Shown here: positions 37,979 to 53,400 of the stretch, piece by piece
Numbering within the stretch: the stretch's first letter is position 1
Layout of the letters: the number at the start of each line of letters is the position of its first letter
Notes under the pieces: model-generated
Databases searched by the model: none
Seen by the model: only the letters and a program-made list of their open reading frames with translations
Told to the model about the DNA's origin: nothing
Position numbers and translations under genes: made by a program
Assembly (NCBI GenBank): GCA_964247055.1
Contig: OZ176056.1
Coordinates: forward strand, 3,472,001 to 3,536,000
Source of the DNA: Paragordius varius
Lineage: Eukaryota > Animalia > Nematomorpha
Direction: 5' to 3'
Length of the DNA stretch: 64,000 nt

Positions 37979-40720
37979 TCATAATATAATATTAGTTGAA
38001 TAAAGTTTTTATGTTATTTTAAAAATTGTTATATTTTTTGTTTGGTTTCTTCTATTTTTTAAAAACCGTACCCTGCTTAAAAATAACTAAGTTTTTGACA
38101 ATTTGAAATATTCTTAATGACATAACAATTGTGTTGAAAATTAAGCATCCAGTATCTAAACAGTTGAAATAATTTTTAAAACAGTTGAAAAATGGTTATG
38201 TTTAAAAAAGCTACCTCCAAAATCGGCTGGTGAATATATAGCATAAAAACTAATGATAATTTTTAATATGTGGTTGACGTCAAAAATAAACATTTTTGAA
38301 ATAATTCATATTTTGTTTATTGATGCCATTTTGAAGCACGAAGAAAACGGTTAACTAGATTTTAAATTATGAAAACATTATATAATCCAATAATGCTGAA
38401 CATTTTCACCTTCATATTTGGATAAAACGATCAAAGTTTAATTTACAAATTATTAAATTGTATTAACAAAAATTTCAATCTCAAAATAAAACGATCCCTT
38501 ATATTAAGGTTGAGGTAATAGAAATATTCAGCATTTTTGATTTATATACAAAAGTGTATTTATAGTATAAAGCGTAAATTAATGCCATCGTCCTTCAAAA
38601 TAGCGAAGAGCCGATTTCGTTGGACAAAAATGAGTCTCATAAATTTTATAAAATATTTTCTTCTATGTTTAATAAATAATTTTTGGAATTTAGCATTTAA
38701 CTTTTACCAAAAAAAATTTATTTAGCATAATGTACCCATTCGCGATATTGCGATATGAAGCAATTACCAGAAAAGATTAATATTTTTTTATATCATTCTT
38801 AAGGCATAAAACCAAAACCATTATCAGAATCCTGATACATATATCCAATTTATAGATAGTTTATTAAAAATAATCTTAGAGAATTTTCATTATATTTCGA
38901 TTTGCAAAAATATTCCACGATAGCATAAATCTGTCAAAATTATAAAATAATAGCACCAAACTATACGTTCATAAAAACTTAACTAGAAAAAAATTTTTTC
39001 TACCCAATTCAATGCCAGGATGATTGGCATCTGAATATTATTGAAAAATCTGAATTTCTTAGCTAATTAAGTAAATTTAAAACAAATAGAAGTGGTGTTG
39101 GTTTATGAGATAAAAATTCCATATATATTTGGCCTAACTAAACAAGAAAATAATTTAAACACACTTTTGAGCTATTTGTGTAAGGATATATTATAGTTAT
39201 CAATGCCAATACAATTTTGAGTGTTTTAGGAAGGTTACTCTTATTGCAAGCCTTTTCCTCAGTGATTATGCTAATTAAAGGACAATTCAAAAGTACAATA
39301 AAAAACAAATATAAAATAAAATTAATAAGAAAAATTTAATGATTTAAACTTAATTATATTTTTGTACGCGATGTTCTGGAACATTTTACCCCAAAGCTTA
39401 AAGTAGTAAACAAACTATTCATTTGTATTGTTTTGGTTAAAATTTAATTATCAAACGATTATCCTGTATTATGTTCAGTTATCTTTGAGAATCCTAAATT
39501 TAGATAGCTCTAATACATTTATACGGCAAATATGTATATATTCTGGTAAATTGTAATTTTAAAAACAAAAAAATCCCACAAAAATTTAAATCACACGCAA
39601 GGCCCAAAATCAAAACACAAGAAAACCCTATATCTACACACTATGAATTTACAAATATATTTTTTGTTTGCACAGTGTATCGCAAAAAAGGTTTGGGAAA
39701 TAACATTTGGGTTTGGGTTAAAGTTTTAATTCTATCCTATTTGAAATGTTAGAATTTTACACGTTTTTATTCGATAATTAAACCTACTTAAATTTATTTT
39801 TACAAGAAACAATGTTAATTAAGTTTTAATAACGTAATTTTTTACCCAAAAACGTAGCTTAAATATTATCAATTTTTTTACTCCAGCGGATGTGCGAGTA
39901 ATCAAACAAACATGGATGAGAAAAAATGACGATCATATATTTAGTAACAGGGCTATCTAACATAAATGATGCTTACCGCATTTTCAGCTCAAAAACGGCG
40001 GACCATATTTAGAAAACATAACATTGGACATCAATAAATATAATAATATATTTAAGACATGAAACTGACAAATATTTTAATTTGTGTTATTGGGCCGGCA
40101 AAAATTAAATATATTTAGATTAACTTAGATTATTTTAAATCATGAAGTTAAGTTTGTCTACAGTGCTTTAAATCTATTTAGGGTTTTTATTTAAAAAAAT
40201 TTCACTTATTAAATAACTCATAATACTTTATTTTAAAAGTATCAATGTAGTTTAAAATAACCAGGTCTTAAAATCCTTAACCAAAGAATTTATGGTATTT
40301 ATAAGGTAAACTGATTTAAAATTCAGAATAAATTATCAGAAGTTTTAAGCTATATTATATCAATTTTACTGAATATTTTTTTAAAGGTATAAACAGTTAT
40401 ATTTAATTGTTTTTAATTTCACGGGTCGTAAATTTCGAAGGGACGCGTGACATACCTGATTTGAGGGTGCTTATTAAATAAATCATTGTCATAATAGAAT
40501 TGATTTAATTTATTAATATAAATTAAGTAAAAGCAGCTTGTTACAAATACTAATTGCTGATGTTGTGTGATCATTAAATTATATCATAAGTTAAAATAAT
40601 TCTATGACAAAATTTTATTTAAGCACATGGAATTAACTAGTAAATGCAGAAACAAGTATTATAATTTCCTGAAGACGAGTAATAAAAAATCTTAATTGAT
40701 AAATAAAATTTGAGTTATTT

Positions 40721-43700
40721 TTATATAAAATTTGACCAATAGAATCGGTGATACGGCGATTTCTCTTGTATGTGTGATCGTTTATGAAATGATTTATCAT
40801 TATGATTTTTGGGCCCAACGACATGCTTAAAATTATATTTTGGGAGGACAATTTTTTTATCGACTTTGTCTTTTGTGACAAACGGGACGCCCTTATCTGT
40901 CTTTGTGGCGTTCAAAGCATGAATATTAACATATTTTGAGCTTATAGGTTTTTTGGCTATGGGCCTTGAGGTTTTGTGGCCAGGTAGCTTAAAAATGTGG
41001 GGATATATATTTTGGAGACGTAAGAAAAAGTTAAAATGTTGTAAGGATTCACACGACGTTGTTATGTGTGATGAATTTTGATAATATTTGCTATTTTTAT
41101 AATTATAATTGTAATAGGAACTATTATCATAATTTTGAACATTTTTGCTTTGCAGAATTTCTTGGGCTACTCTTGGAGTCAAACAGCCACACCGTTTAAT
41201 GAGTGGTACCTCTAGGCGAATTTTTTGACCGTCACCACAGAGAAGTTTAATTTTTCTACTAGTTTTCCAATGTATGGGGTAACAACAGTCTTGTAAAGCG
41301 GGCTTATCATTATCATATTGAAATGAGAGTGTCGCTTGATTTGAATATATTTTGGTTTTACAACTTCCTCTACACTCCATAATACGTATGGGTTTTAGAC
41401 TTCGGCAACCCGTTTCTGTATCCGTGTAAATTTGTCGTTTTTCATGTCGTTTACATGGTTGAGCTGTGAGTTTGCCCCAAAAAAATGTTACGTATGTATA
41501 TTTTTATATATTATACCATCTTCAGATTTTCGATATTAACTTTTTTTCTTAAAACCACCTACGCATTTTAAAATAGTTTTATGACCTCTAATAAATACAA
41601 CTAAAAATCGTTATAAAAAATATCGCACTCTAATACTCTATCATCAACAATTTCTAATGTAATAAAAAATTCCGTCTTTTTATATTAAATTTTTTTTAAA
41701 GGATTAGGGAAAAAAATACCAATATCACAAAAGGTACCACTCCACCCTTGTTCGCAAACACATTTATAGGCGTATTCATCGATAGCCACGCATTTTCCTT
41801 TTCTACACATATTAATATAACATGGGTTTTTGGTCAAATCATCCTGTGCCGGCATTTTGGAATCTGTTTTCTCCTTTGTAACGAATTTGGATGCTTGATC
41901 TTTTAAATTTATTAGTGGGTTATTTTCATTTAAAAGATTATGTTTGGTTAATCCAGTGGTGTCTTGATGCTGAGAAAGAACCTCACGTCTTTCAACATAT
42001 TTTGGTAGACCAGTTATTCTATCAAATCTATTTTCCATCGAATTCGTACTGCATCCCGGATAGAACTGGGAAGTATGGATTTTAACCTCTTTAGCCAAAT
42101 CTATAAGCTTATTGTTAACGTAGAGTTCTTTAAAACAACCTATAACAAAAAAAGGGGCAATTTAAAAATGTCTCAAATTTGGGTAAAAAATTAACAATTT
42201 TACCGGTAAATGATACTTGGCGACTTATGTGCCAATGCTTTTGTGCTGCCTGAGATAACAATTTGGGTAAACCCAAAACATATAAGTCGATAGATGGGGT
42301 ACCACCTTCAAATTGTTTTGAGGATTTTGTAGGAATCGAGCTAATAATTTCATCCAAACTCATTACTCTACCTGGATTGTATATTGTTAGGGGTAAACTT
42401 TCATCAATACGTATTGTGAGATTTTGGAATATAACCTATTTTTGATATAGATATATTAATATTTTTTAAATGCGATTAAAAAGAGTTTTCAGCATTTTTT
42501 CTATATATTTAACTTTTTTTTATTTCTTAAGTGTTAATTGGAATAATAAAATGTCAAAATATTAATCAAATAATAGTTACATTGAGCGATAACCGATGGA
42601 ACATATTATCATTAACAAGCATTGGGCTAAAGAGTGTCGAAGGGGTCAAAAAATTTCCAAGACTAAAACTGACCCGAATTCTGCCTCCATATATCTCTAT
42701 CGCTAAATGTGGATTCGCCCATTCTAAATCACAGAAATTCATAATTTTAAAATTTCCATAAAAATACTGCTAAACCATTTTCATATTCAGTGTAATGGTT
42801 CTTAGGAATGAGTCAAAATTTTTTTTAATCTTTCAGTTTGTAACCGGTTATAAATTTTTCAATCCGTTTTTAGTTATTTAAAGTTGACAGTTAATTTGTA
42901 ATGCCATATACATTTATTAAATTTAATTGGTTTAAATGAAGAATTAAATTATTTGCCAGATATCACCAGTTTACAAAGACATTCCGAAATTCAATTGCTT
43001 ATAGTATTTTATGGCTTCATAATTTTTTTCTGCTGTGGATAAGGTAAAATTTGGATTTGTGAAGAAATAAAACAGTCATTCTGTCCTTAAAATAGTAATA
43101 AATTCTTTTTCGATTTTTACTATGTGAGGTATTGATCTGTTCGGAAAGTTTAAACCGTTTTAAAAATAGTCAAATGGACTAACTTGTCTGATGAAGAGCT
43201 TAAATTCATCGTTTCAAAATATATTTTATTGGGAGAAATAAATACACTTTGATGTTATCTATGAGCAAATAACTGTGTTTTTATGTAATACTTAAAACAT
43301 ATTTTATTAAAAGAATTAATTACCTATAGGCAAATTTGTTTGATTAAGTTGTGATATAATACTCCAATAGAGAAGTATTGCATGATTTTGCTTGGTTCGA
43401 AAACTGAATTCAACTCCATTTAAAAGAGTATTTGAATGTTCTGGTCTACCAGTGGCTACATCTTGGATTTGGTTTCTATAATCGTATAAAAATATTTTTA
43501 ATTAGATATAAATTAATGGTACTCAAACCGCGGTTCACTGACCGCATGCGGCCTTAAAAATGCTATTTTATGGGCCCTTGAGACAAGATAAAAAAATTTT
43601 GCGACCCTTTAGAATTTCTTCGTGAGTACCACTATACTGGCTATCGAGTTTTACATACGATAGTATATTAAAAAAGTTGGCAAATCTTTTAAGATCAAAT

Positions 43701-44430
43701 TTTCAAATTGGTAAAATAGTTTATAATAAAACTAACTGATCAATATTGAATTCATGGGATAAAGCGTAGGATAGGTAGGATGGAGAGCTGTCGACATGGA
43801 ACAATTCTGTCATATATGTTTTACGCATCGGCAAAAAGGTTATGGCGTTTAGAATTGTACATTTTAAACCGCTGTAACCATCAAAACACTCACATTCAAA
43901 CGATAAGCCCGATACATTTGACTATATGAAACAGATATAAAAAATTAAAATAATACCCTTATAATAAAATAGTTTATGTTAACCAATAACATTGTAATTT
44001 TTACAGTAAATTGAAATTATACAGACAGAATGATGTAAAAACATAAAAATAACGAGGCTTAAAGACAACTGTGCTTGTTGAGTCTTAATTTATTATAAAA
44101 CTATAAAGTTACAAGTGTGAAATATATTTGCGTCAACCAATCTACATCTTTATTTACTGGTTGGCATGTTAATAAGTAGAGCGGTGTTTTGGGGAAAATA
44201 TATTTCTTGATATTTTAATGTCTGCGTAGTTTCGATTACCGTATATAAAATAATTATATAACGCTAAAATGATGTATAAATTTAATGGTTCATGTTAAGT
44301 AGCAAGTATATTTTTATTTTTTATGAGATGGATCTTTTTCAAAATTATATAAAACCGGTTTCTGTAACTTATCTATATTATCAAACCACAATTCTGCTCA
44401 TTAAACTATTTCAAGGCAGCTCCATGTATT

Positions 44431-44464
<34 letters not shown>

Positions 44465-47400
44465 AGTAGTTCAAATTTTATAGGACGAAAACATATTGAC
44501 AAATAGTAAATTAAAAAATTTTACTTGTTTACAAAACCCATGAACACAGTCATGATGTAGGCAAGGGCTAGTAGCGGGCCAATTTAAACTATTTGTTAGA
44601 ATAATATTATCATTTGCACCGTTTTCTGGCTGTGAGTCTTTCTGTTGCGCAGTTTTTATCTGACAAAATCGACCCTCATACCCGTGATTACAAACGCATT
44701 GAAATGTTGTAATTTTCGAATAGAATGGATTCTCAAGTTGTTGATTATTATAATTATAAGTATTGGTTAATTCTAGGGAACGCGACATGTGTGGGAACGG
44801 TTCTTGTGCTTCTCGATTTATACAGGGTGAATTATAAAGACAAAGGCCCATCCGACACTCATTTATAATTATTTCGCAGTTGGAACCCTCATAGCCATGC
44901 ATGCATTCACATCTAATAACATTATAAAATTACAGTATGCATTTTAATGGTTGCTTATTTCACACTATCGTTTGGCAATTCGCAACACAGTAGTGTATGG
45001 AAAAAAGAAAGGAAAAATTGTTTATTTTGTATTTTTTTTTTCCATACATTACTGTGTAATTGCCTAACTATACTAAAAAAGGCCACCATTAAAATGCGTA
45101 TTGTACTGTATCATGGTTAAAGTTTAAGGTAAACATAGAAAAGATTATTTGATTACCTTCTTTCAATATATTTAGTTTTTAATGATTGTGTTAAAAAGTT
45201 AACCATTAATTTGTAAAGCGAATATACCGATAGGTGTTTTCCTCATTGTGACATGTCGCATTGTGGTGACACGGCTTTAATTCATCACAAAAATCTCGTT
45301 TGATTTCGCATTGTTTTCCTATTAAAAATATTTTATTTTCCAAAAAGGTTATTCGATACTCTTTTTAATATTTTTAAAAAAACATTAGGAGTATTGCAAA
45401 AAATTCATAACGAAACCGTAATAATAAGTATAGAAAATTGTTTTAACAGATGGTCAGTCATATCCGTATATTAATTCGGTGTTAGGCACCACTTTTCATT
45501 AAAAAAATCTGGATAAATTAAATATTAAAGGCATTTGGTTGAACTACATTTTAAATATCCTTAATATAAAAAGCAAATTGTAATTTATATATACCTTTAT
45601 ATCCCTGCGGACATTTACAAGTGAAATCATTGATACCATCAATACAAGTAGCGTTGTTTAGGCATTTGGCCGTTTTTCTTTTTAGATCCATATTTAGTTT
45701 ATTTATTATATGACTATCCATGTCAGGATAGTTTTCTTTGACTTTAAAGGTTTTATTTACCGCTGAGCCAATAATTTCTGGTACCGTATCTTCATAGCAA
45801 TCATCTATATTGTGCTCACAACGGATCCCAGAAAATCCATCTTGGCAAATACAGCTAAATTAAATTTACAGTAAAAATGAAATAATATCGACAAAAAGTT
45901 AAAACTAAAGAACAAATATATTTTGAAAAAAAACAAACATATGAATTTTTTAACCTTAATTTTTTTATATATAGGAGCACTTTAATTAAAACGATTCACA
46001 TCCAACTTAATTCCCAGCCCAAAATGATAATTTTAAATTTTAAAAAATCAAGATTTTGTTAACATGGTTGTCCTTTATATTTGCCTGTATAGGATTTCGA
46101 TTGATACTTAAAATAAAAAAATCCCTATTCATACTAAAGCAATATAATATATTCCTCATTCAATATATTTGAATATTCTCCCAATACTTTTTACATATGT
46201 TGAAAAAGAGTGGACCAAAATTGATACAGTGAAAATTGAAATTATATAGACAAAACGTAAATAAAAACTAACCCTTCAATAGACAACCATCTATACTATA
46301 TTTAATTTTAATTTTTGGTATATTAAAATTGCAAAATACATGATTGATTGTGTTAACACTCAAACTCATACCTACTTTGCAATATTGAACAATGGTTTAT
46401 GTTTAAATAAATCAAGTTTAAAAAAGTAGAGCGGATTTATTTCCCTTCCGTATAAATATAAGTACTGTATAAAAACATTACCGACCTAAATCTATTATGT
46501 GGTTGAATCTTGCAGGTGCCTTCATTCACACACGGGTTCCCATAACATGCATCAATCAGATATTCACAATGTGGCCCGTAAAAACCGTTGGGGCAAACAC
46601 ATTGATAATATGAATCGCTGCGTCTATCCTTATTTAAGAGCGGGTAAGTTTTAACCACATTTTGAGTAAAATTATTCCCAGCCCTAAAATCTAATGTTGC
46701 TTCTTTTGGCAATTTTGTCATCTCTATAAGCTTACAGCTTGCTCCGTTTAAACATGGGTAGGTGTAGCACACATTACATTTCGCTAGGATTTGATCTGAG
46801 ATGGTGTCTAAGATTTATTTTAGTAAAAAATTTGCCTTTAAGATATTATAAATCAAAATTTGAATTATAAAAATATTTTAATATTGCTTGATAATAATTA
46901 AATTCGGTACAAAATTTTCTTGATAATTTAATATACATATTCAATTATAGCCTTAAAAATGACCTTTTCAAATTTTGAATTTAATAATAAGACTAACCCT
47001 GACAAACAAACTGTGAAGTGGGTGTTGATAAAATTAATTTATTTTTCATGCGTTCTGGACTATGGCATCTTGCTATGCCAGATTCCAAATATGAATCCTT
47101 GATCCATTCCGTTAACCAACCCAATGAACAATCACAATGTAACTCATTTTGTCCGATAGCTCTGTATAAAATTTTAGGAAAAATGTTTAAAAAATATCGA
47201 TACATGTAATTCAAATACAGTAAAAACTAAAATCTGCAATCCCAATGATAAGTTATATTGATTATATTTAAGTTTTAAGATATGGCTGTTTTTGAATAAA
47301 TATATGTTAACTTCTCTGTATAATTTCTATTTTTACTGTAAAATAAAATTTATAAATATGCTAAAAAACTAAAGGTAAATTACAGATGACTCAAGGTGGA

Positions 47401-50400
47401 TTTGAGGTGTTTAAATGCATTTTCCGGTAAGAACGAAATATAATTTCCATATAGGGAAAGCAATCTTAGATTGCGTAAACCAGCAAAAGTATTTGGTTTT
47501 ATACATTTGATATCATTGAAACTCAATATTCTATAACATCGTGACAAAAATTATTATTTTATCATTTTTTATATTTTCCAATCTTATAAGAAAGATAACA
47601 ATATAATGATACTTACAGAGTAGATAGTTTTGGGTTATTGACGAATAAGTAGTCGGGAATATAGGAGATTTTATTGTTACTTAAATCTCTATCAAGCGAT
47701 AAAAAAATTATTAACATATAATATAGCGTTGTCTGTAAATTTTAATTGAAAGTTAGACCTTTAGTTTTAAGATTATCGCCTTTAAAAATTAATTTAAAGG
47801 TGAAATTTGGATTATGAATGCAGGTATTTCAAAAAATTATAAAAAAATTTCATTTTTTTTTTATATTTTAGAACAAAATCTTTTTGCTTACAATCGTTCC
47901 AAAACGCTTAAGTGATTTAAAGTGTGAATGTCAAGTTGTTCGATTTCATTGTTATCCAAATAGAGTTCTGTTGTATCAGACGGTATGTAGTCTGGAACCT
48001 TAGACAAACCCAAGTTACTGCATTGTACAATAGTGTTTGAACATGTACATCCCTTTGGACATATCTGACCATGTTCACAAAAATCGATCGCAGACGGTTC
48101 AAAAGTTGTGGTTTTACCTATTTAAATTTGTTTTATATGTGTATTAAAATTTATTTAATGTAAATAACTACATAAAAATACGGACAAAACGTAATGGACC
48201 ACACGATACTTTACCTACAATAAATCATATGATTACAATTTTGAAATATAAATCCTGGTCTATCACCAATTTACATATCTAAGCCATATTTTGCATAACA
48301 AAACAATGAAATATATCCAAAAAAAAAAGATTTTAAAATTATGCTTGACTTTAAAAACATATATGGTTGTCTTTAGTTTTTACGTTTTGTCAGTATTATA
48401 TGAATTTTTACTGTATTACATGTATTGAAATGTTTATCTTTAAGTTCTGCAATAGGCAAATCCCTAACATTTGGTGGATTAAAACATCTAGGATTCCCCG
48501 TAACAATTCTTTGATTCTTTAGCCAATCCGTCATCCAATGTAAATAGCAATCGCATTCGTACGGATTCGCTAACAAATTTCTAAATGTTTGGTGTTTTGG
48601 AAAAAAAAATGAATACAAAAAGATACTTTTATCCATTTCAATATGGAGCAGATTGAAATTTGCTTCCACATGCGAGCCGGTTTAAACATAAAAAAATAAT
48701 ATTTTTCCACTTTTTAGAGGTTTTGAATATATTTAAGCTAGAAAAACGGTGCAAATTTTGTCATCCCAAATTTTAAGCCATAGGAAATTTAAACAGCCAT
48801 TTTGATAATTTTAAACCGGCTCATTAGCTAAAAGGCCAAACTAGAGGCCCCTTTATTAACCTTTTATGCGCGAAACTAATTTATTTATAGTAAAAATATT
48901 TTTTTAAATATCACTTTCCTCGTTAGAGTTTGCTTGCCTAAACAACACCGGTAGTGACATAAATATCGTTAAAAAAATGTGCAAATGATTTTTAAATATA
49001 ATTTTTCTATGCGTTGAAAAAGTTAGAAGTAAATATTAAACTCAAATTTGGGCTGTGCAGCATTATTAACTCATAAAAAGTTTAGGTTTTTCAAAAACTT
49101 AATTTTACAAATATGTCATATTGGTCATTTTGCCAAATGTACATTATTTTATAGAGAACATTATCCATAAATAAATTTACTGGCTAATATATTTTCATGT
49201 GAATAAAGAGTCTAAACTTACAAAGTTGATAACTGCATCATCGAATCAAATGCTCCCTTTTTTATAGACCGGATTTGGTTGTCGTAAAAAGATCTGGTTT
49301 ATATACAAAAATAATTGAGTAATTATAAATTTCACAATAATTTCCATGTTAATTAAAGAGTACTTACAATAATCGTAAATTGGGCATAACTTCAAACGTA
49401 TCATTCGTAATGCATGTCAATTTATTCGTCCTCAAAGTCCTAACGTTAAAAAAATATTTCAATAATTAAAATTATCAATAGCTGGGGTGTCCAACAAGTG
49501 GCCATCCAAAATACTCCTGCAGACCGCGAAAAATTTGAAATACTAAATTTTTTTATAATCTCAGAGTTGATTATCTTAAACGAATCTCCCGATTACTTTT
49601 CCAACTTTCAGCAATACACTAACAAAAATGTTAAAATAAATAGTAGTATTAGTTTTTACAGTTTTATGTTCAATATCCACTAAATTATTTGTCATTGCCC
49701 ATATATTTTAAAAATGCGGCGCCTGTTGGATATTTGAAACCAAATATGCAGGCCGCGAAGCCATTTGTGTTGGACACCTCTGATTTAAGGGAATAAAATA
49801 TTACAAAGTTTTAAGCTTAGTTAGTCCAGCAAACATTTTGGGCGTTAGCCGTGTTAATCGGTTTTCCGTCAAATATCTGTATATATTGGTTTTAATTTTT
49901 TTACAGCAATTAAACGTATTAGATATAATGTATTTAGATAATTGCTTACAAATTTGTCAGTTTTTGACAATGTAAGAAGGCATTATCTTCAATGGTATCA
50001 ATCATATTGTTGCGCAAATCCCTATACAGGTAAATAAATATATTTATGAATAAAATTATATCAAATAAAAATATTTTTTATCTAAAATAAACAGTGTCAA
50101 TAAGAGGCTTACAATTTTTCCAATTGTTTTAGGTTGGCTAAATCTGTAGACCGGATTTTCTTGATTAGGTTATTGCTCAAATTTCTAAATATCAATTTAT
50201 AAATATTGTAGCTGTGGAATAGAGTAGTAGGTTGCGTTCGGTAATTTTATATATATTTAATACATATATATATAGTAAATGAACAAATAATGATCAAAAG
50301 TAACAGTTGAAATTAAAAAGTGATTAGCTCTTTTAAATTTAGCAATCTTTTAAACGCATAATTAATTATTTATACATTTCAGTAGTATAGGTGGGTAGGT

Positions 50401-53400
50401 TTAATGGTATATTTTCTAGGTTTTGTCCATTGCATTCAACTATCGTCCCATGTTGACAATTACAAAATTTTGGGCATGGATTATCGATGAAACATGAACC
50501 CGCTAAGGCAGTAATGTATTTTTCCGCGTCTACATTTTTTTAAGTTACAAAAAATTAGCGCAATTTTTCTTTCAATAATCATAGCAGTTAAATCTAAGTT
50601 AACGTATTATATTGCATCAAATTTAGCAATTGCTATCAAAATGGGTTTACCTTTGACGCCAGTTTAAAAAGCGCTGGATTTAAATTTTTGATGCAACTAG
50701 TTCCTACTTAATGTTTTAATAGCCTTATAATTAAATGATCGCAATCACCTAAGAAGCTTAATACTGATTTGAATTTTTGACTTCCTAATAGGTTAAATAT
50801 AAATATTTGATTTATTTTTTGGGTCATTAATTGATAAATACTAGAATTTATCCCTTTGACAAAAAATTAATGGACATTTCTTTAAAATTTGATATACTTT
50901 GACACGTAAAATCTTGTGGTTTAAGATCATATATCCGATGTTTAGCAATCCGTGCTGGACCTACGCAAAATGCACCACTAGTTTCCAAATTTTTCCAATT
51001 TTTGTGATTTAGCATATGGGCTAACCATTGCAGATTACAATCACATATAAGGGGATTTTTTCCTAAATGTCTATTTTATGGTGTAAGAATTATGAAATAT
51101 CAGAGTATGGTTAAAAATGTGCAAAAGAAATAAAAAATTATTACAAAGTTTGGAGATTTGATAAAGGCGAAAACGTTTGATTGCTAATGGATTGAATTTT
51201 GTTATCATATAATGAACTGTACAATATCAGGTAAAATTATATATATATATATATATATATATTATATTTAAAGAAAATTTGTGATCATACAGAAGGTTAA
51301 GGTTTGACAATCCGACGAACAGATCGTTTTGGATGCATTCCAATGAATTACCATTCAATAATCTATGCATATATATACGATAAAATAATTGTAATATCTA
51401 CTGTTAAATTCTTAAGGGTTGGGGTTATCTATATTTTTTGGTTCTGTTACCGCTTTCTAAACTAATCAGCCAAGAATAATTATATATTAGCTAAATAAAT
51501 CAAAATTAGAAAATATAATAAAACTATTAAAACTGTTAAGTTGTGGAATTCAATGAAATTGTTATATTTGTGAAATCAATATCACCCAAATTCGCATTCT
51601 TAAAAAATTATTACAGAATATGATTGAAATGGTGATTAAATTTGATTGCTTAATAATTCACTTTATTGTGGATCGTTAATTTTTTATATGTTTTATTCCG
51701 TTTGTTCGTACACGTTTTGAGAGACTGAAATTTATGGTTAATGTTAAAATGTGCTTTGAGAATTCGAAAAAAAGAAAGTCAGCCATGCGAAAATGCAAAA
51801 AAAAACAAATACCCAATTATTAGTCTTTTAAGTAGAACTGTTACATCGCAGTAGATTGTAAAATAATAAATTATTTAAAATTTACTATTAATAATAATTC
51901 TATAAATAAATCTCATTTTAGTTTTATCAAACACTTATAATTGAAATTGTTTTGCCAAATAATTTAACAATAAATATAACTAAAATTACATATTAATTAA
52001 AGCACTTTTAGCAAAAAATTTTTAAAGCATTTAAGAATTTTTAATTGTTTTCCATATGTTATTAATGAGTTAGGGTTAAAAATGCTGATAATCAGATGTT
52101 TGGCTCATTTTTTCGATTATTTTTCTTGTCTGGCGGTTAATTCCAAATGAAAAGCAATTTCTTTATTTAAAAATTTTTACCACATGTTATGATAATAATT
52201 AAATGATATATGCACTGATAAAATAAAAGTCATACAATAATTGGAGCGATGACAAATCGGCAAATATTCTTTCGGGTAGCCGTTTAAATTGGTTATGATA
52301 CAGTATTCTGCAAAAATATGAACAAATAAATATTAAAACTAATTTAAGGATGTTTTAAATATTATAATATAAGAAAAACTACTTACAATGTGTTTAGTCT
52401 GCTTAAACCTTTGAATATATCCTGAGGCAGTGTCTTTAATGAATTATGGGATATGTCTCTAAAAATATTGAAAACAACAGTAATTGTATTTTTAATTTTT
52501 TGATATTTTTCAAATTGACTTAAAATATAGTTACAGTTTGATAAGATTTCCGACTGATCGAAATATATTTGCTGGAACTGTGGTGAATGCGTTATTATTT
52601 AGCCGGCTATCAAAATATAATAAATATATGTTTCATACTTTTAAAATATTTTTGACAACAAAATATAGCCATGTAAAAAAGCTTATAAAAGTTTGAAATA
52701 ATGAAGTAAAAAATTATTACATTTCCTTTGCGTAAGCAGGAAAAAATGGTGGAAACTCCGTCAGATTTTTATGTGAACAGTCAATAACACCAGTTGTCTG
52801 GTCACATTCGCATGGTGGAAAACAAATGTTTTTTAACAATGTATTTTCTTCTAAATTTTGTAATTCAGAGCATTTGTCACCATAGTTTACAACTTCAACA
52901 TTTTTATGATAATAGCTTTGTAAATGGGGATTTTCATAGTTTTTTTGCGAAATTTTATTAATTTTTCCCGCCCCAGAAAAATAATATGGATTGCTGTAAT
53001 GAGTATTGTAATCGAGTCGAGAACCCATAAGTGCCTGTAATAGTTTTTGCTTTGCGTGATATTTGGCGTTTTGACCGTTATAACCAATGTCATCTAATAA
53101 TTAAGAATGATATTTGCACTTTAAAAACCCGTAAACATTTTAAATAAACGTCAAAAACTTATAATTTACCGTTAAATATTCAATTCTGAGTTATTTTTAT
53201 ATTAAATATACCCTAAAATACTGCTCCCTAAAAATTTAAATAACTCATAATTATGATTGAATATTTGTTTTTGGTATTAATATGGAAATATTTTGCAAAT
53301 AAATGTCAAAAATCAAAAATGCCCAAGATTGATAATTTATATAATATTTAAATCTAACGGAAAATTGTATCGCAATTCATTTCATATTCCGATAATTGTA

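Noticed and set aside
39888-39960. ADVRVIKQTW, resembling a globin A-helix
   Set aside because: The frame closes after about 24 codons and no further globin exons were found.
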